From positions 7,750,001 through 7,814,000 of the forward strand of contig CP158635.1 of assembly GCA_050273025.1 (NCBI GenBank): a stretch of 64,000 bases of DNA. The letters are read 5' to 3'. The stretch's first letter is position 1. Each line of letters opens with the position of its first letter. The notes below the pieces were generated by a model. The model saw only the letters and a list, made by a program, of their open reading frames with translations, ran no database searches and was not told the DNA's origin. A program made the translations under genes and the position numbers. This document shows, one piece after another, positions 37,871 to 51,346 of the stretch. This stretch comes from Cenococcum geophilum. Its lineage: Eukaryota.

Positions 37871-39686
37871 ATTATAAACTAGGAAAGTCCTAATAGTATA
37901 TAAAATATCTAAGGATTTCTAGGATTTGCAAATTTCTACTATTAATTTATTAATTACTTTTTAAAAATTATTTAGCTATTAGTAAACTTAATAAGGAAGA
38001 ATATAAGATTTAAATAGACCACTAAATATAAATAAGCTTTTAACGACCTAAAATATCGTTTTATAACTACTCTAATTCTTACCTACTTTAATCTAGACCT
38101 TAAATATATTATTAAAATAGACTCGTCTAATTATGCACTAGGAGGAGTGTTATCGCAATATAATAAAAACGGCAAGCTACGCCTAGTAGCCTTTCTCTCC
38201 TAGAAACTTACCTCTACTAAATTAAACTATAAGATATATAATAAGGAACTACTTATAATTATTAAATGCTTTAAATAATAGCGTCTAGAACTTAAAGGAT
38301 TATTATTTCTAATACGCGTATTAACGGACTATAAAAACCTATAGTACTTTATAACCATAAAGCAATTAATATAGCGCTAAATTTATTAGGCTAAATACCT
38401 TTTATAATTTAACTTTAAGATTACGTACTAACCTAGCAAACTTAATTAGAAGCCTAACTTATTAATATAATAATTATAAAACTTGTTTATAAATGCCTCT
38501 AATAAACGGATTACAAATTAATTATAAATTCTACTACCCCCTAAACGCTTTAAAATACTACGCCCTATATTTTTTTAACGCGGAGCTTAATAGGAATAAA
38601 TTAGAAATTAATAAGTAGGATATAGAAATTAATAAATTAATAGAGTATAAATATAAGAACAACCTCTAAATAGTAGATATAATAAAAGTAATTTAAATAG
38701 GGAAACGGCAATATAAGGATATTACACTTGCTAAATGCGAAATCCGTAATAATTGGTTATACTATTAATAAAAGATAGTAGTCCTAAATTCCAAACCCTT
38801 ACAATTTAAGATACTTAAATTTATATATAATTCCTTTATAGTAGGGCATCCTAGCTATATAAAGACCTATAAGATTATCTAATAAGTATATTACTAGCCT
38901 ATAATGTATAACTATATATAAAAATATGTTTAAGTATATAGAATATACGTGCGTAAGAAGACCTCTTATATAAAGAAGTAAGGAGTACTTTAACCGTTAC
39001 TAATTCTAATATAAAAATAGCAAGATATCTTAATTGACTTTATAGTTAACCTACCTAATAGTAATAGGTTTATAAATATTATAGTAGTTATTAACTATTT
39101 TATAAAAATGCGATATATAATTCCTATAAACTTAATTAATATAATATCGGTAGCCAAATATTTTATTAAGTACGTTTTTAAGCTATATAGACTTCTTAAT
39201 TTAATAATATCCAACCACGGAAGCTAGTTTATTTTAGACTTCTAGTAAGCCCTATATAAACAATTAGGTATATAAATATAACTCTTAATTATATTTTATT
39301 TAAAAATAAACGGTTACACTAAAATTGTAAATATAATTATAGAATAACACCTATAAATATACTACTCCTACCTGTAAAACGACTTGGAAAAGTGGCTACC
39401 CTTAGCTAAGTTTATTGCAAATAATACGAGAAACGAATTAATAGGTATAACGCCGTTTTACGCAACCTATGGATAAGACCCTTAACTTAGATTTAAACTA
39501 TAACCTAAAATTAATATAACAGGCCCTATGATTAAGAGGATTTAACTAATTAACGCGTATAACTTTACTAATTAAATAAAGTAGTTAACGGAACTATTAT
39601 AAAGTAAATTAGCGTACGCTTAAATAGTATAGGAATAGCATATAAATAAAGGACAAGCTCCTATATAGGACTTTAAGAAAGGTAAT

Positions 39687-42600
39687 TGTTCGTACTAACT
39701 TAATAGTACGAGTAAGTCGTATCCACGGGCACGAAATACATGTAGTATTGTATACTTGTTTGGATGGTAACTGTCGATTGTATAAAGCAGACTACGTGGT
39801 CTATATACTAATGCACCTCCCCCCTAATTAGTTAGTGCTTTATAAGTGCACCAAACGCGTAAGTAAGTGGTTGGTGCACTGAACGCGTAAACGCGTACCT
39901 AGTGTACCGAACGCGTAAGCACGCGTTTAGTATAACAGGTGCTGTAATTATACACTAGCAGTACTTAAAAAATAAAACCGCCTGTGTATAGCCTCCGTAA
40001 TTGCTTTAATAAAACTATAGAACATAAAGGAAAATACATAGGAAATCTCCCCTGAGGTGCCGTCTAGGCTGCCTTCTAAACGGTACCTTAAGCTAGCCGT
40101 AAGTCCTGCTTACGGTCCGTAAAATAAACCGTACGGCCTTTCGACGGGTAGTAAGTTAGATTTTAAGGGCCGCTAAGGCGCTAGTGCTAAGTGAGCCAAT
40201 GGCGATTTTCTATGCCTGGCATGGAAAATCGTAATTAGTTAATTCGACTACTGTGGCAGAATATAGTAGAATTTGGCATGTTACGTAAGTCTACTAAGTT
40301 CTATTATAGCTTTCTACCGTTTTTCTACCTAATAGCTTACAGTCCGTAGAATAGGCCGTATAATAAGCCGTACGGCCTTCTAACGGGCCGTAGGCGTACC
40401 ATAGGTACTCCGTTAGTCCCGTTCTACCTATTCTATAACTTTTAGGTTAAGCTTATTTATATTAATTAGGGTTTTAAGGGCTTAACACGGCTTTGCCTTA
40501 GTTATAGCGTCCACTAGGTTATCTCCGCTGCTAATCCATTTAACCTCCATAATCTTACGTCGTTTATAGGCCTAATATAAGCATATTAGGTTGACTATAA
40601 GCCTCTTCTCTTATATCGTACCTAGTTTAACTAGGCAGTTATAAAGGGACTTTAAATTGGTATATAAAACCAGGGGTAACTACTCCAGTTATAGAATCTT
40701 CTGGACCGTTAATTTAATTGCGGCTGCTATATTAAATCTATAAGCTAGTGTATATAGTTTAGAAGCTAGTATACTACGGTTTACTTATTTACACTTAATT
40801 AAAGACTAGTGCAGTATATTTGCGTCCTAATTATAGTCCGTAAGTACAATTATAAAGCCGATTTGTAATAATAGGTCTTTATTATTAGCAAAGGAGGCGT
40901 TTATAAATGCTAGTAAGCTAAGGGAACTTAGGTCTAGTGGTACGAAAGTAAGTCCCCTTACTACATTGTCAATTTGCCACTAAATGCGCTTATTAAGCTA
41001 CTTAATATTTTCTTCTTGCGGATCTACTGCCTGGGCCGCAAAGGATAAGTTATAGGCAGATTTGGGTTAGCAGACTATAGTAATATAGGCGCCTCTTGTA
41101 CGCTATGTAGCGTATTAGTCCTTTATATTTACGGTCTTATAGGTCTCTCCGCGGGAACTGGTAAGGTCCGTAGGCTTTACTATAATAAGCTTTAGGTTTT
41201 AAGCTTAGCGTTTTTAGGTTAGCTAAATTAAGTTACCCTTTTATATAATTAAGCCTCCGTTAAACTTAATTAGAGTCTACTTAGTTAACTGCTCTTATAG
41301 CTTTACTAGGAACTTAGCTTCTTATAGTTTAGTCTCTTTAGTATCCATAAATATCTAGTCTGCTAAGAAGAGGGCATCGTCTATTTAGAGTCCAATAATA
41401 CTAAGGCCGTTTAATAGGCTGTATAGGAGGCAGGGGTTGTAGGTCAACTATTCCATTTTAAGTTTACTAACGTAGTATTAGTAGTATATCTTAAACCAAT
41501 GGTTTCCGGCTTCTAGTACTCTATAAAGAGGTTTTATAACCTATAAAATTATTCCTAGTTATAGGTTAAGCTTATAGGGTAGTCGTATAAAGATATTCCT
41601 ACTTAGGTAGATATTAGACTATACGTAGGCTTATAAGATATCCCGTAAGTAAAGGGCTATAAATTTAGTTTACTGTAGTTTAGGTATAAGTACGAGTATA
41701 ATCCGTTGACTAACCCGTTAAATTATAGGCGATTGCGTAAGAACTAGGTCCTTTCCTTAGTCGTTATAAGCTTATATAACGAGCCTTAATTTCTTAAAGG
41801 CTTTATTAGTACTAGGGTGCTTAATCTTATTAACAAAGCGTGAGTTAAATATACAGACGCCTTGCAGAACGTCTCTCTCTATTATAATTATAAAGACACC
41901 CTTTTTAAGTAATCCGTTAATCTCTTTACGCCATAAGTCCGTAAAAGGGGTTTCCTATACTAGAACTAATATATCCGTAGGCGGAGATTGCTTTACAGAT
42001 GTGCCTGTAGAGGTTAGGTGGTTCTCCATTATAGGATTCTTATAGGGGCGTCCTCGGCCACGCTTTATAGCAGGTTTAGTAGGTTTAGTAGGTTTCTAGG
42101 GAACCTCTAGTTTGTCTAATTCGGCAGTCATTTCTGGTTCGTCTAGTTTAGCAGTTGCTTCTAGTTCGTCTAGCTTAATATCATAGGTGTTTTTAGGCCA
42201 AAAGTAGGGTTTTACGGACGTGCTTCTAAAGCTAGTTAGCCCACTAGGAAGCTATACGCAGCACGTCTCGTTTTCTATAGCCAGTAAATAGTAAGGTCCA
42301 TTTTAACTACCGCTTTCGCGCTATATAAGGACTTTAGAGTTAAGCAGAAAGTTATATACTAATATTATATTAGGTCCGTTACAGTAGTACAGGGCGTTAT
42401 TAATAGTTTGTTTAGCCCGTAATTTAACTATTTCGGCTATTGCCTTCCGTATTATAGCTGCTCATTCCATAATAGACGGGGTAGGAGGGCCTAAGTTACT
42501 TATCCTTAGGTAGGCTCCGTAAACTAAGAGGGTGGGTACTAGTCCGTTAGGGCTAGCGGTGTTATTAATGGCTTTTACGGCCATCTATAAAGCTAGTTCC

Positions 42601-45600
42601 TTTTAAATATCCTTATACTCGTCTATAATAATCTAATAAGCTCTCTATAGAGCTAAGTAAGCTCGCTTAATAAGCCTAACGGACTAATACGCCTTAACTA
42701 GAACAGCTTTTGTTAATATAGCTATAGCCGTAGTATACTACTAGAATTCCTTACTAATAAAGTTCCTACCGGCGTTATAGGTAATATACTTAGGAGGTCT
42801 AACGTACGTATTAATCTAGTAGGTCCGTAAAATATCCTCAGTATACTTTATAGATATATTTTACAACCAACAGGCGGCTTAGTAGTGGGTTGCCTCGTTA
42901 ATTATATATAATACTAGGCTGCCGTTAATATACATAATGTCTACGTACACTAAGTGGTTAAAGTTAAGGTCCTTATAAAGGGTGAACTTAAATCGGCCTA
43001 GGGAACGTCCGTATTTCTAGCAAAAGGAGCAGTATTTAGTTAAGTAATTAACTGCCTTCCTATTAACGTCGTCGTGTCCAAAGCATTCAAGGACTCTATA
43101 TAGCTTTTCGGCTAATAGGTGGCCGAAACGGCGGTATAGACGGTAGATCTCCATACTGGTAAGGTAGCATAGGTTATAGTCGAAAGATTCCTAAATATAG
43201 GTCCATAAAGTCTCTCCCTATATAAGAAACGGGTGTCCAAATCGTTATATAATTGGCAGGGTAATATACTTGCTTCCTAGGGCAGTTATAGGGCCGATTA
43301 AGGTGTCCGTAATATTGTTATAGTAAACCTATAACCTATCTATGTCCATAAGGCAAAGTAAGAAAGGGGTGTCTGCTTTTACTATATAGAAGTTAACTAG
43401 GCTAATTAGGGTCTTAACTGCAACTAATCTAATTAATGCAGTTAAGCCAATGCCGAATTAGACGTTTACGGCCCCAGTTTGCGTAATATCAATGTCCGTA
43501 TTATCATTTACAGTAATCCTATATACAAGGTATTATCCGTAGCCTGTAGTAGACTTCTTAGAGGCGCCTATATCGATCATAACACCATAGAATTCCTTAG
43601 GGGTATAGCGTTTTATGGTGATATATACAAATAGGTCCTGCTTATAATCTATAACGTCTATAACGGGGGTACTTACGGAATAGTTTTCGGGCGCAACTAA
43701 GTGTATAAAAGAACGGTCGGCTAATACAGTCGTAATATTAAAGGCTTAGCTGTCTATAAAAGGTCTAAAAGTAGTTAGGAACGTCTCTAGGGTCTCCTAT
43801 TCCTAGTTATCTAGGTTAAAATTAATTATAAGGGCTTCTATTAACTTATTAGGGGGCTCCTCTTCTTCCTCTCCTTTATATTCTAAGATAAACTAGCTAA
43901 TCCATTTATCAAATCTCTTCTTAGACCTATTACGTTCTTCCTAGGTATACCTTATAGACTAATATCCTTCCTTACCACACACGAAGCATTTCTGGCTTAT
44001 TTATTTACGGGGGTATGCTTTTATACAGGAGTTGCTGCGGGGGTTACGGGTGGGACTTAGTCGGTATAGGTGCTGCTAGCGGTAACGGCGGTCCGTAAAG
44101 TAGACGTCTAAGTCTATCTATAGATATTAAATATCCGTAGTAAAGGCTTAAGTGCTGCCTGGTGGGTTTAAGACTTCGTACATTATAATAGAGGAGCGTA
44201 GGTCATTAATAAGGCCAGCTAAGGTGTCTGCAGGCTTATAACAGGCGTACTTATAGGGCTCTACTTCCTAGCAAGCCGTAATAAGTTTATTGTGCAGGAA
44301 GTCGTCTATTTAAAGCTTGGCATTAAGGCCGTACTATAGGTGCCGGAGGTCTTTAATAAGGATTTACAGACACTCTATAGTCAATTTTTTAGTATTCTTA
44401 TCAATTACGGTCCGTAGCTTGGTCGCATTCCATTAGGTAAGGATATTACGCCTATATTCCGGTCCTTTAAAGTAGTTACGGGTAGCTTTGCATAGCTTAT
44501 TAAAGGGGACACTAAGGGGGTTACTCTTAAGGTTAGTGTAATAGTAGTTAAGTGCTAGGCCGCGCAGCATAGTAGAGTAGGCTTGGCTAAACTCTTATTT
44601 AGGAATGTCAGCCTTCTGGCAGAGGTCCGTAAAGATAGTTAGTTTAAAGTCAAAATTATCATTTTCACCGCTGTACTTAGATTCGTCGGTATAGAGCTTA
44701 GCTAGGTTAGCTAGCTCCTTGCCATAGGTCTTTACTTAAGTGGGTTGCGGATCTATAACTTGCGGATCTATAGCTTGCGGATATATAGCTTGCGGATCTA
44801 TGACTTAAATAGCGGGGGTAATTTGGTCCGTATTTTGGTTTACAGGGGTGTTATAATCCGTAACTTAAAAGTAGGGTATATTTTAGCCAATAAGGTCAAG
44901 TTTAAAGCCACTTGGGTTTATAGGACGAATTTAGTTAAGTAGGTTAGGTATAAGGCTAGCGATTACATTAAGTTTAGAAGAAGTAAAGAGTTCCTTAATT
45001 TCTTAGAACTGGTCTAGGATTTCCTCTTTAGTCCATTCCGTTTAGTCCTTTTCGTGTATTATATTATATAAGGACTATACAACAGTGACTCGTTTATTCC
45101 TTTTAACCCATACACCTTAGTTATATAAAAGGGTTCGTAGTTTACGGATAGTAATAGGGTTATAGGCCTTAAGAATAGCTTCCATAAAGTCCGTAAAGTC
45201 TTCCTAGTATTGCTCCCACAGGTCATTATTTATAACTTAAAGTGTTTATATTTAAGGATTTTAAAACTAATGTAGTCGTTAACGTCGTTTATAGACGTAA
45301 CGTCAACTCCTTATCTCCACTTCTTTTGGCCTTCGCTAACTTGCTTACTAATATCTGCCATACTATATAGTGTAGTACGTAGCGGGTAGAAGGGTCTTAT
45401 AGTGGTCCGTAAGGGCAATTAATATCCGTAGCGGTTTGCAGGAGGGTAGGGGTTTCTGTAAGGTCTTGTAACGGTCCGTAGAGGCAATTAATAGGTCTAT
45501 AGTGGTTTATAGAGGGGTAAGGGGTCTCCGTAAGGGGTCTAAGAGAGGTTAGAGGTATTGGGGGAGGTATAGTAGGAATAGGGGTTTGAGGTTTAAAGGA

Positions 45601-46109
45601 GGTTTAAGGTTTAAGGGGGTTAAGGATAGGGGTTCCGTATAGGTCTGTATTCGCGTCTATAACTTCCGGTAAACCGTACTAAGACTTGAATAAGTATACA
45701 GAGTTGGAGATAAGTCCGTAATCCCCAACTTCCGACCTTCTAGTAGGTCGTACTAGGAGTCTAAACGGGTGGTCGCTGTCGTGTATATCGCTTGGGGGGA
45801 GGTATCGAGTGATTGCTAATCTATGCGCGCTCACTAATCAGCGTTCGTACTAACTTAATAGCACGAGTGAGTCGTATCCACGGGCACGAAATATATATAG
45901 TATTGTATGCTTGTTTAGATGGTAACTGTTAATTATATAAAGCAGACTACGTGGTCTATATACTGATGCACCTCCCCCCTAATTAGTTAGTGCTTTATAA
46001 GTGCACCAGACGCGTAAGCGAGTGGTTAGTACACTAAACGCGTAAACGCGTACCTGGTGTACCGAACGCGTAAGCACGCGTTTGGTACAATAGGTGCTGT
46101 AATTATACA
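39687..46109 (-). mobile_element. Ty1/Copia LTR retrotransposon (Copia-A), full length, RIP-degenerate
   Basis: 268-bp LTRs at 39687-39954 and 45842-46109; TSD GTAAT (39682-39686 / 46110-46114). Minus-strand order: knuckle KCFVCGKEG (~43965-43990), protease MID(T)GAS (~43570), (H)RRFGH integrase (~43125), RT KPLYG/GLQ.DD (~41380-41535), RNase H (~40500-40900). Confidence 0.92.
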
Positions 46110-47251
46110 GTAATATAGTTTACCTAAATATATAAAACCTAAAGACTTAATAACCCTTAAAGAAACTAGACTAGAAGTTTACGAGCTTATACCAATTAAG
46201 AAGAAACTAAGCCTATATACTTATAAGCTTAAACTGCCAACTAAGATAAAAATACATCTAACGTTTTATATAAACTTGCTATAACCTTTAAAAGGTAAAC
46301 CTATAACTTATAAAGTGCCACCACTACCTCCTATAATTATTAAAAATAGTAACAGTTCTTACTTAATTAACTTAATTAATAATATATAATAGAAGATACA
46401 GTCTAAATAATTTAAACTTCTTATTAAATAAAAAAGATATAAAATATAAACCTAGGAACCTTATAAGCAAATTAAGACCAATACACCTTCCCTAGTAAAA
46501 GAATTCTACGAGGACTATCCTTTACGGCCTACTTTAGCTAGATAGACACGATATAAAAGTAAATAATTACTACCTAATACAAATACACGAAATATAATAG
46601 TAGGAAGCTTAAAATTAAAAAGAACTTAAAATATGTTATAATGTTTATAATATAATTACGTAATATATAAGATATTAAGGAACTTTAACCGCTAGTTAAA
46701 GTTATTTAATTAGTTAAATCCGCCTTGCTAAGACCTACTATAAAGATTTTAGTTCTGCTTACCGCCTTAACTAAGCTAATAGCAATTTTATATCCCGGGG
46801 ATAGAAAATCCTAATTAGCCTATTTAACGATAGAATTAGTAAAACCCTATACTGCTATCTAACGCGAAAATATAACACGCGATAAGTTATAAGTCTTAAC
46901 TAAAATTAAACTATTTGGACCTTTAGCTAAAAGGGGGGGTACTTAACGGGACTAGCCTAGTTATAGTAAGAATGTCTTAGTAAAACACTTAATAGATAAA
47001 TTCCAACGCTTTAACCAAATTCTACTAAATTAATTGAATTTTACTAAAGTTTGTTAAAGACCGCGTATATATATGCGCACGCATCGACCACTAAGCCCCT
47101 AACTATTTAATTATATAGTTCTCTTGTTATTCCTTTCTCTTCTTTACGCAATGTCTTGTTCTTAGCGAGAGCTATATACCCTTAGATTTAGATAGAATTT
47201 ATATCGTTCCTTCGAATCTTCCTTAAAGCCTCTTCGCGCCCTTATAAACCC

Positions 47252-48659
47252 CTAGAACTCGGCTGCCCCCTAAACTCGGCCACTAAATTAAAATTAAACC
47301 ACCAAATTGTCCCCCCATTTTTTATATAACTAACCATTTAATATGAACCAAAAGGAGCAGAACTTATAACCAGCTATCACTGGTTTTAAAGCTAAAAAAT
47401 TCAAGTTTAGCAGCGAAGCTACGCGCGCGTACGGTGTCCCTTTATTAACTTTTAACAATCGATTAAATAGCAAGCTGCCACGAGTATTTGCATACTAAGA
47501 TAAGCAGCGACTGACTCCTATACAGGAGACCTTCCTTACTAATTAGGTACTTGAACAGGACTTATAAGGATTTGCTCCCTTATATACGCGACTACAAAAA
47601 ATAGCGGCCTAAATCCTTGATCAAAACGGCGATATAGAGCCGCTTGGTAAAGTATAAGTAGCTAGCTACTTTAAACGGAATCCTCGCATTAAATCCTTGC
47701 TCGCCCAACTAACAGAAAGTGCACGAATCGATAGGGCATAGCTAGGGCAAATTTAAGAGTTCTATAACCTTTATAAGAGGGCGCAAAGGAAGGCCAATAT
47801 ATAGGTAGAAAACACCTAGAATATAGACAAATCTGGGGTCGTATTAGGTGTATACATGAATACAATTGCTATAGGAGATGCCTCTAAAAAGAGGACTCTT
47901 GTATAATCGCTAAATAATCGCGAATAGGTATCTATTATAGAGATGATATCTACCCTTAGCCGATCGATTCGACCTCTTATAATCTTTAAGGGAAAGTACC
48001 CCTAATTAACTTGGTTCCATTACAATAAGGTACCTAATTGGATATACACGGCCTCTAAGAACGGCTGGATAGCCAATTATATCGCATACGCATAGCTTAC
48101 TAACGTCTTCCTACCTAAGACGAAACCACCTAGCGACGAAGCTTAATTACTCCTTCTTGACGGCTATAGGAGCCACTATACAGTCAAATTCCTATTAGAA
48201 TATAAATAGAATAATATATAGCTCGTCTTCCTACTACCTTATTTAACGCATATGCTAAAACCCCTAGATCTATAATACTTCTCCCCTATTAAATTAAAGT
48301 ATTAGGAGCAAATTGTAGAGCTTATATCTCTTAACAATACAGCTCTAATTAAGAAGCACCGCTTTATTAAATATTACCACAAGGCCTAAAAGGAAGGCCT
48401 TATAGTAAGGACGATTAAATCTAGATAGCATACCTCTAGTATTTATCTATGAAATCCGTATAAGGGCCTTAAATCTTTATAGGTCAAAAATAAGGCTCTA
48501 ACGGAGGCTAAAAGCAATTAGCTTAACGTTATAGCTACACTAAAGAAGCCTCGCAATATATATCGGATAGTTTAAGGCCTTTATAATAAGTATACGCCGA
48601 ATTAAAAGACTTAGTTACTCTTATAAAAAGTAACTTAATAACTTAAGCAACTTAATATA
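47252..48659 (+). mobile_element. pogo/Fot1-like transposon (Pogo-B); transposase from ATG 47343, 3' end disrupted
   Basis: De-RIPed WNMDESG (~47817), NREWVSIIE (~47917), LLLDGHGSH (~48150), HSTHMLKPLD (~48240). The left terminus appears split by Gypsy-B. Confidence 0.82.
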
Positions 48660-48903
48660 CGGAGGACGGAGCAAAAGGATATTTCCCCTTCCTTTTTAGG
48701 ACTAGCGGTTTTCTCCCCATAAGGTGCCTATAAGGTTGCTAAGGTTTTAGACCTCTTTAAGGGACCTTTAGCGGGTCTAGGGGTATAGACCGCCTAAAAT
48801 CTCGTTACTTAGGCAACAGAGCCCCTATAACTTTAGCGACCTTATTAAGGGTAGCCACTAGTCCTAAAAAGGAAGTGGAAATCTCTTTTTGCTCTATTCT
48901 CCA
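48660..48903. mobile_element. MITE with ~50-bp TIRs
   Basis: TA-CGGAGGACGGAGCAAAAGGATATTTCCCCTTCCTTTTTAGGACTAG ... CTAGTCCTAAAAAGGAAGTGGAAATCTCTTTTTGCTCTATTCTCC(A)-TA. Confidence 0.8.
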
Positions 48904-48993
48904 TAGAGGCTATATAGGCTAGCCGCTCTACCCTATTAGCGCTTAGGCCGAGGGCTATATAGAGGTTAACTTAGCAATTAAGCCTTTTTAAAT

Positions 48994-49397
48994 TGTAATA
49001 TAATTGGTAAGTAACCTAGCTACCTCAAAAATTAGAAAATTCATACCTTAATATTTCAACAACCACTTAAAAATAAATTTTAAAAATTTAGATTTAGACT
49101 TTTATATACGCTTTGCAGCTCCTATTAAGGTTACATAGTAATTAATTAGGTAGTTTTTAAAAATTATAATTTAGGGGCCAAAATAAAGCCAAATTGCGTA
49201 TCTTAATAACTACTAAATTAATTACTATGTAACTTTAATAGAAGCTATAAAGCGTATATAAAAGCCCAAACCTAAATTATTAAAATTTATTATTAAGTGG
49301 CTGTTAAGATATTAATATATAATTTTTCTAATTTTTGGTGGGGTTTTAAAGTGGCTAAATTACTTGCGGGGCTAGGTTACTTACTAAATATATTATA
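48994..49397. mobile_element. Foldback MITE, internally similar to 37402-37834
   Basis: GTAAGTAACCTAGC...GCTAGGTTACTTAC near the ends and long internal inverted arms; exact ends approximate. Confidence 0.75.
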
Positions 49398-49412
49398 TAA
49401 ATTATATATATA

Positions 49413-49526
49413 GGGCTCCATAAAAATCGGCCTCTATACCTCTATACAGTAGAGCCTAGGAACCTAGTAGTTACTATTAGCGTTCTATTAAAATTGTACT
49501 AATTAACTATTAAAGCAAACGCAGAG
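49413..49526 (+). ncRNA. HDV-like ribozyme, RIP-degenerate
   Basis: P1 GGGCTCC/AGAGCCT; P2 CTCTAT(CTCTGC)/GCAGAG; P3 ACC/AGT(GGT); J4/2 GCAAAC. The deviations are C>T or G>A. Confidence 0.62.
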
Positions 49527-50322
49527 ACGTATATACGGCTACGTAGCGTCGGCGCGGCGACATAGTAATGGTGTGAATAATTTTTCGCTAGGAGGGTAAG
49601 CCCTAGCAGAGGCTTAAAAATACGACTATTATACCTTAACGTACGTCGGATTAGCTATTTAAATACGGCATCTACCTACGGCGTCCCCCTTCTTTTTCTG
49701 CGGTATAACAATATTCTATACGGCACCTATATATAACTAAACTATATATACTTCGTAGGCAGAAGGCCTATAATAAGCCTCTTAACTACCTACCCTATAT
49801 ACTACCCTACCTAACGGCCTAGATTTACTAAATACGCAGTATTCCATTATCTCCCCCTATATTCTTTAGCTAGAGAAAAATAAGGGACCTAGGTTAGGGC
49901 CCTAGGACAAAATACCTAGTTTATCCCGCTATTTCTTTAGGGTAGAAGGTTATATAGGACTGGATTTATACTATAAGCAAAAAGGCCGTAGGTAGGCGTA
50001 TATATATATATATAGGGCAGCAAGGAGCTAGGGGTAAGTATACAATATAATACCCTACGGCAACCTATAAAAGCATAGAAGTATTGCTTAAATAGTAGAT
50101 AGGGCAAGATAGGCAATTAGGACACTCCCTTATAGGAGTCTTAGAGTAGCGACCTAACGGTATTTTTCCTCCTATTAATATAGTACAGGTGCTATCTAAA
50201 GGGGTATATACTGTACTACCACTTATATCTCCTTTAGAGGTTTTTTATACTTAACTTATTAGTATTTATCTATATAGACCTTAATTAGGACCGCATTAGA
50301 CATTAATTAAGATTAAATAAAT
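49413..50322 (+). mobile_element. Ribozyme-headed retroposon copy 2 (subfamily B), heavily RIP-mutated
   Basis: Homologous to the reverse complement of 56027-56955; probable TSD AATTATATATATA (49400-49412 / 51352-51364, displaced by copy 3). Confidence 0.8.
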
Positions 50323-50332
50323 AAATTATATA

Positions 50333-51346
50333 GTAGTAGTTCTTTGATTAACGTCTGATACGGATCCTATCTAGGCCTACGCAGACTACTCCGTTATAGG
50401 GGGAAAACTTATGTATTTATAGGAAGAAAACCCTGCAGTTGGGTTGGGGGGGGAAAAACCCTATAAGCCACCTCAGTAGGATGAAAAACCCCGATTTGCC
50501 ATGTCCGTCCGTAGCAGCGGCCCTGCGGGTCTACGGCTACGTCCTGTCCTCCTTGGATGTTTTAAACTCCTTAGGAACCACTACTTCCTTCTCTAGCTTA
50601 TCCTAAGCTAGGGTTTACTACGTCCCAGCCAGGCCTTGCCAATTAATCGCCGTGTCTTATTGTCGTTTCCCATATTTTGACTATCCCCTATATGCTATAT
50701 CTTGCTGACCATTGCCATATACGCCATGCCTCCCCCCCCTAAGGTCTATTAAAGGCATAAGGGGGATTTATCTATAAACTACTACCACACCAAAAGGCGA
50801 GCGGGACGTGTGTGTGTGTGCCTAGGTATCTTTTATGCCTAGGCCCTAGTTACTAGGCCCTCGCCAAGGGTCACCACTCCTTAAGAGGAGACAGGAAAAC
50901 CGTACGGTATTGTCCAGGCTGCTAGGTAGTATTTAATAGTTAATGGCGAGTGACCGCATGCTCCGCGGGCGATCGCCCTAGGGGTTAGGAGGGGCCGTAT
51001 ACTTGCTCGTTGCTCGTTCGCAATCGCTCGTTCGTTAATATAAGGTCGTCAATGCTTTCAATTGAGGGTCGGGGGACGTTGGATTCTGTATATATCCGTA
51101 AGGATTACACAGGGTTAGAATAGGAGAACATAGCAGTAGTCTACTAAGAAGGGGGTACCGTTAGTAGTGGTTTTCGAGATCTTACCATCCCATGTGAAAA
51201 CTTTTCACTACCCCCCATAACGTTTCGACAACCACCAGGTCCTACCCGCAGCTGTGCGACGTCTTTGCGTTGGCTCTACTGAGTCCGAAGACTAGTAGGT
51301 TTGTAGGCCTCACCACGTACAGGTGCAGAGTCCGATTTCAAGGACC
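50333..51346 (-). mobile_element. Ribozyme-headed retroposon copy 3 (subfamily A)
   Basis: Reverse-complement homolog of 16128-17148; (CTA)n tail; 14-bp TSD with one mismatch (50319-50332 / 51347-51360). Confidence 0.88.
51263..51346 (-). ncRNA. HDV-like ribozyme (predicted)
   Basis: P1 GGTCCTT/GAGGCCT (1 mismatch); P2 CTCTGC/GCAAAG; P3 ACC/GGT; L3 TGTACGT; P1.1 GT/AC; P4 CTACTAGTC-TTCG-GACTCAGTAG with a cUUCGg loop; J4/2 CCAA. Confidence 0.75.

Larger units (their letters stand above)
34247..47246 (+). mobile_element. Ty3/Gypsy LTR retrotransposon (Gypsy-B, chromovirus-like), RIP-degenerate; hosts a solo LTR with a MITE, and Copia-A
   Basis: ~305-bp LTRs at 34247-34551 and 46942-47246; TSD GACCC/AACCC; PPT AAAAGGGGGGG ~46929-46939. 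gag ~34670-35750; protease LIDS ~35893; RT YIDDILIY ~37065; RNase H ~38110-38340; integrase ~38840-39600; chromodomain-like TWEP ~46450. Confidence 0.9.

Noticed and set aside
44745..44942. ORF MRIYNLRIYSL..
   Set aside because: Antisense reading of 15-bp repeats in Copia-A gag
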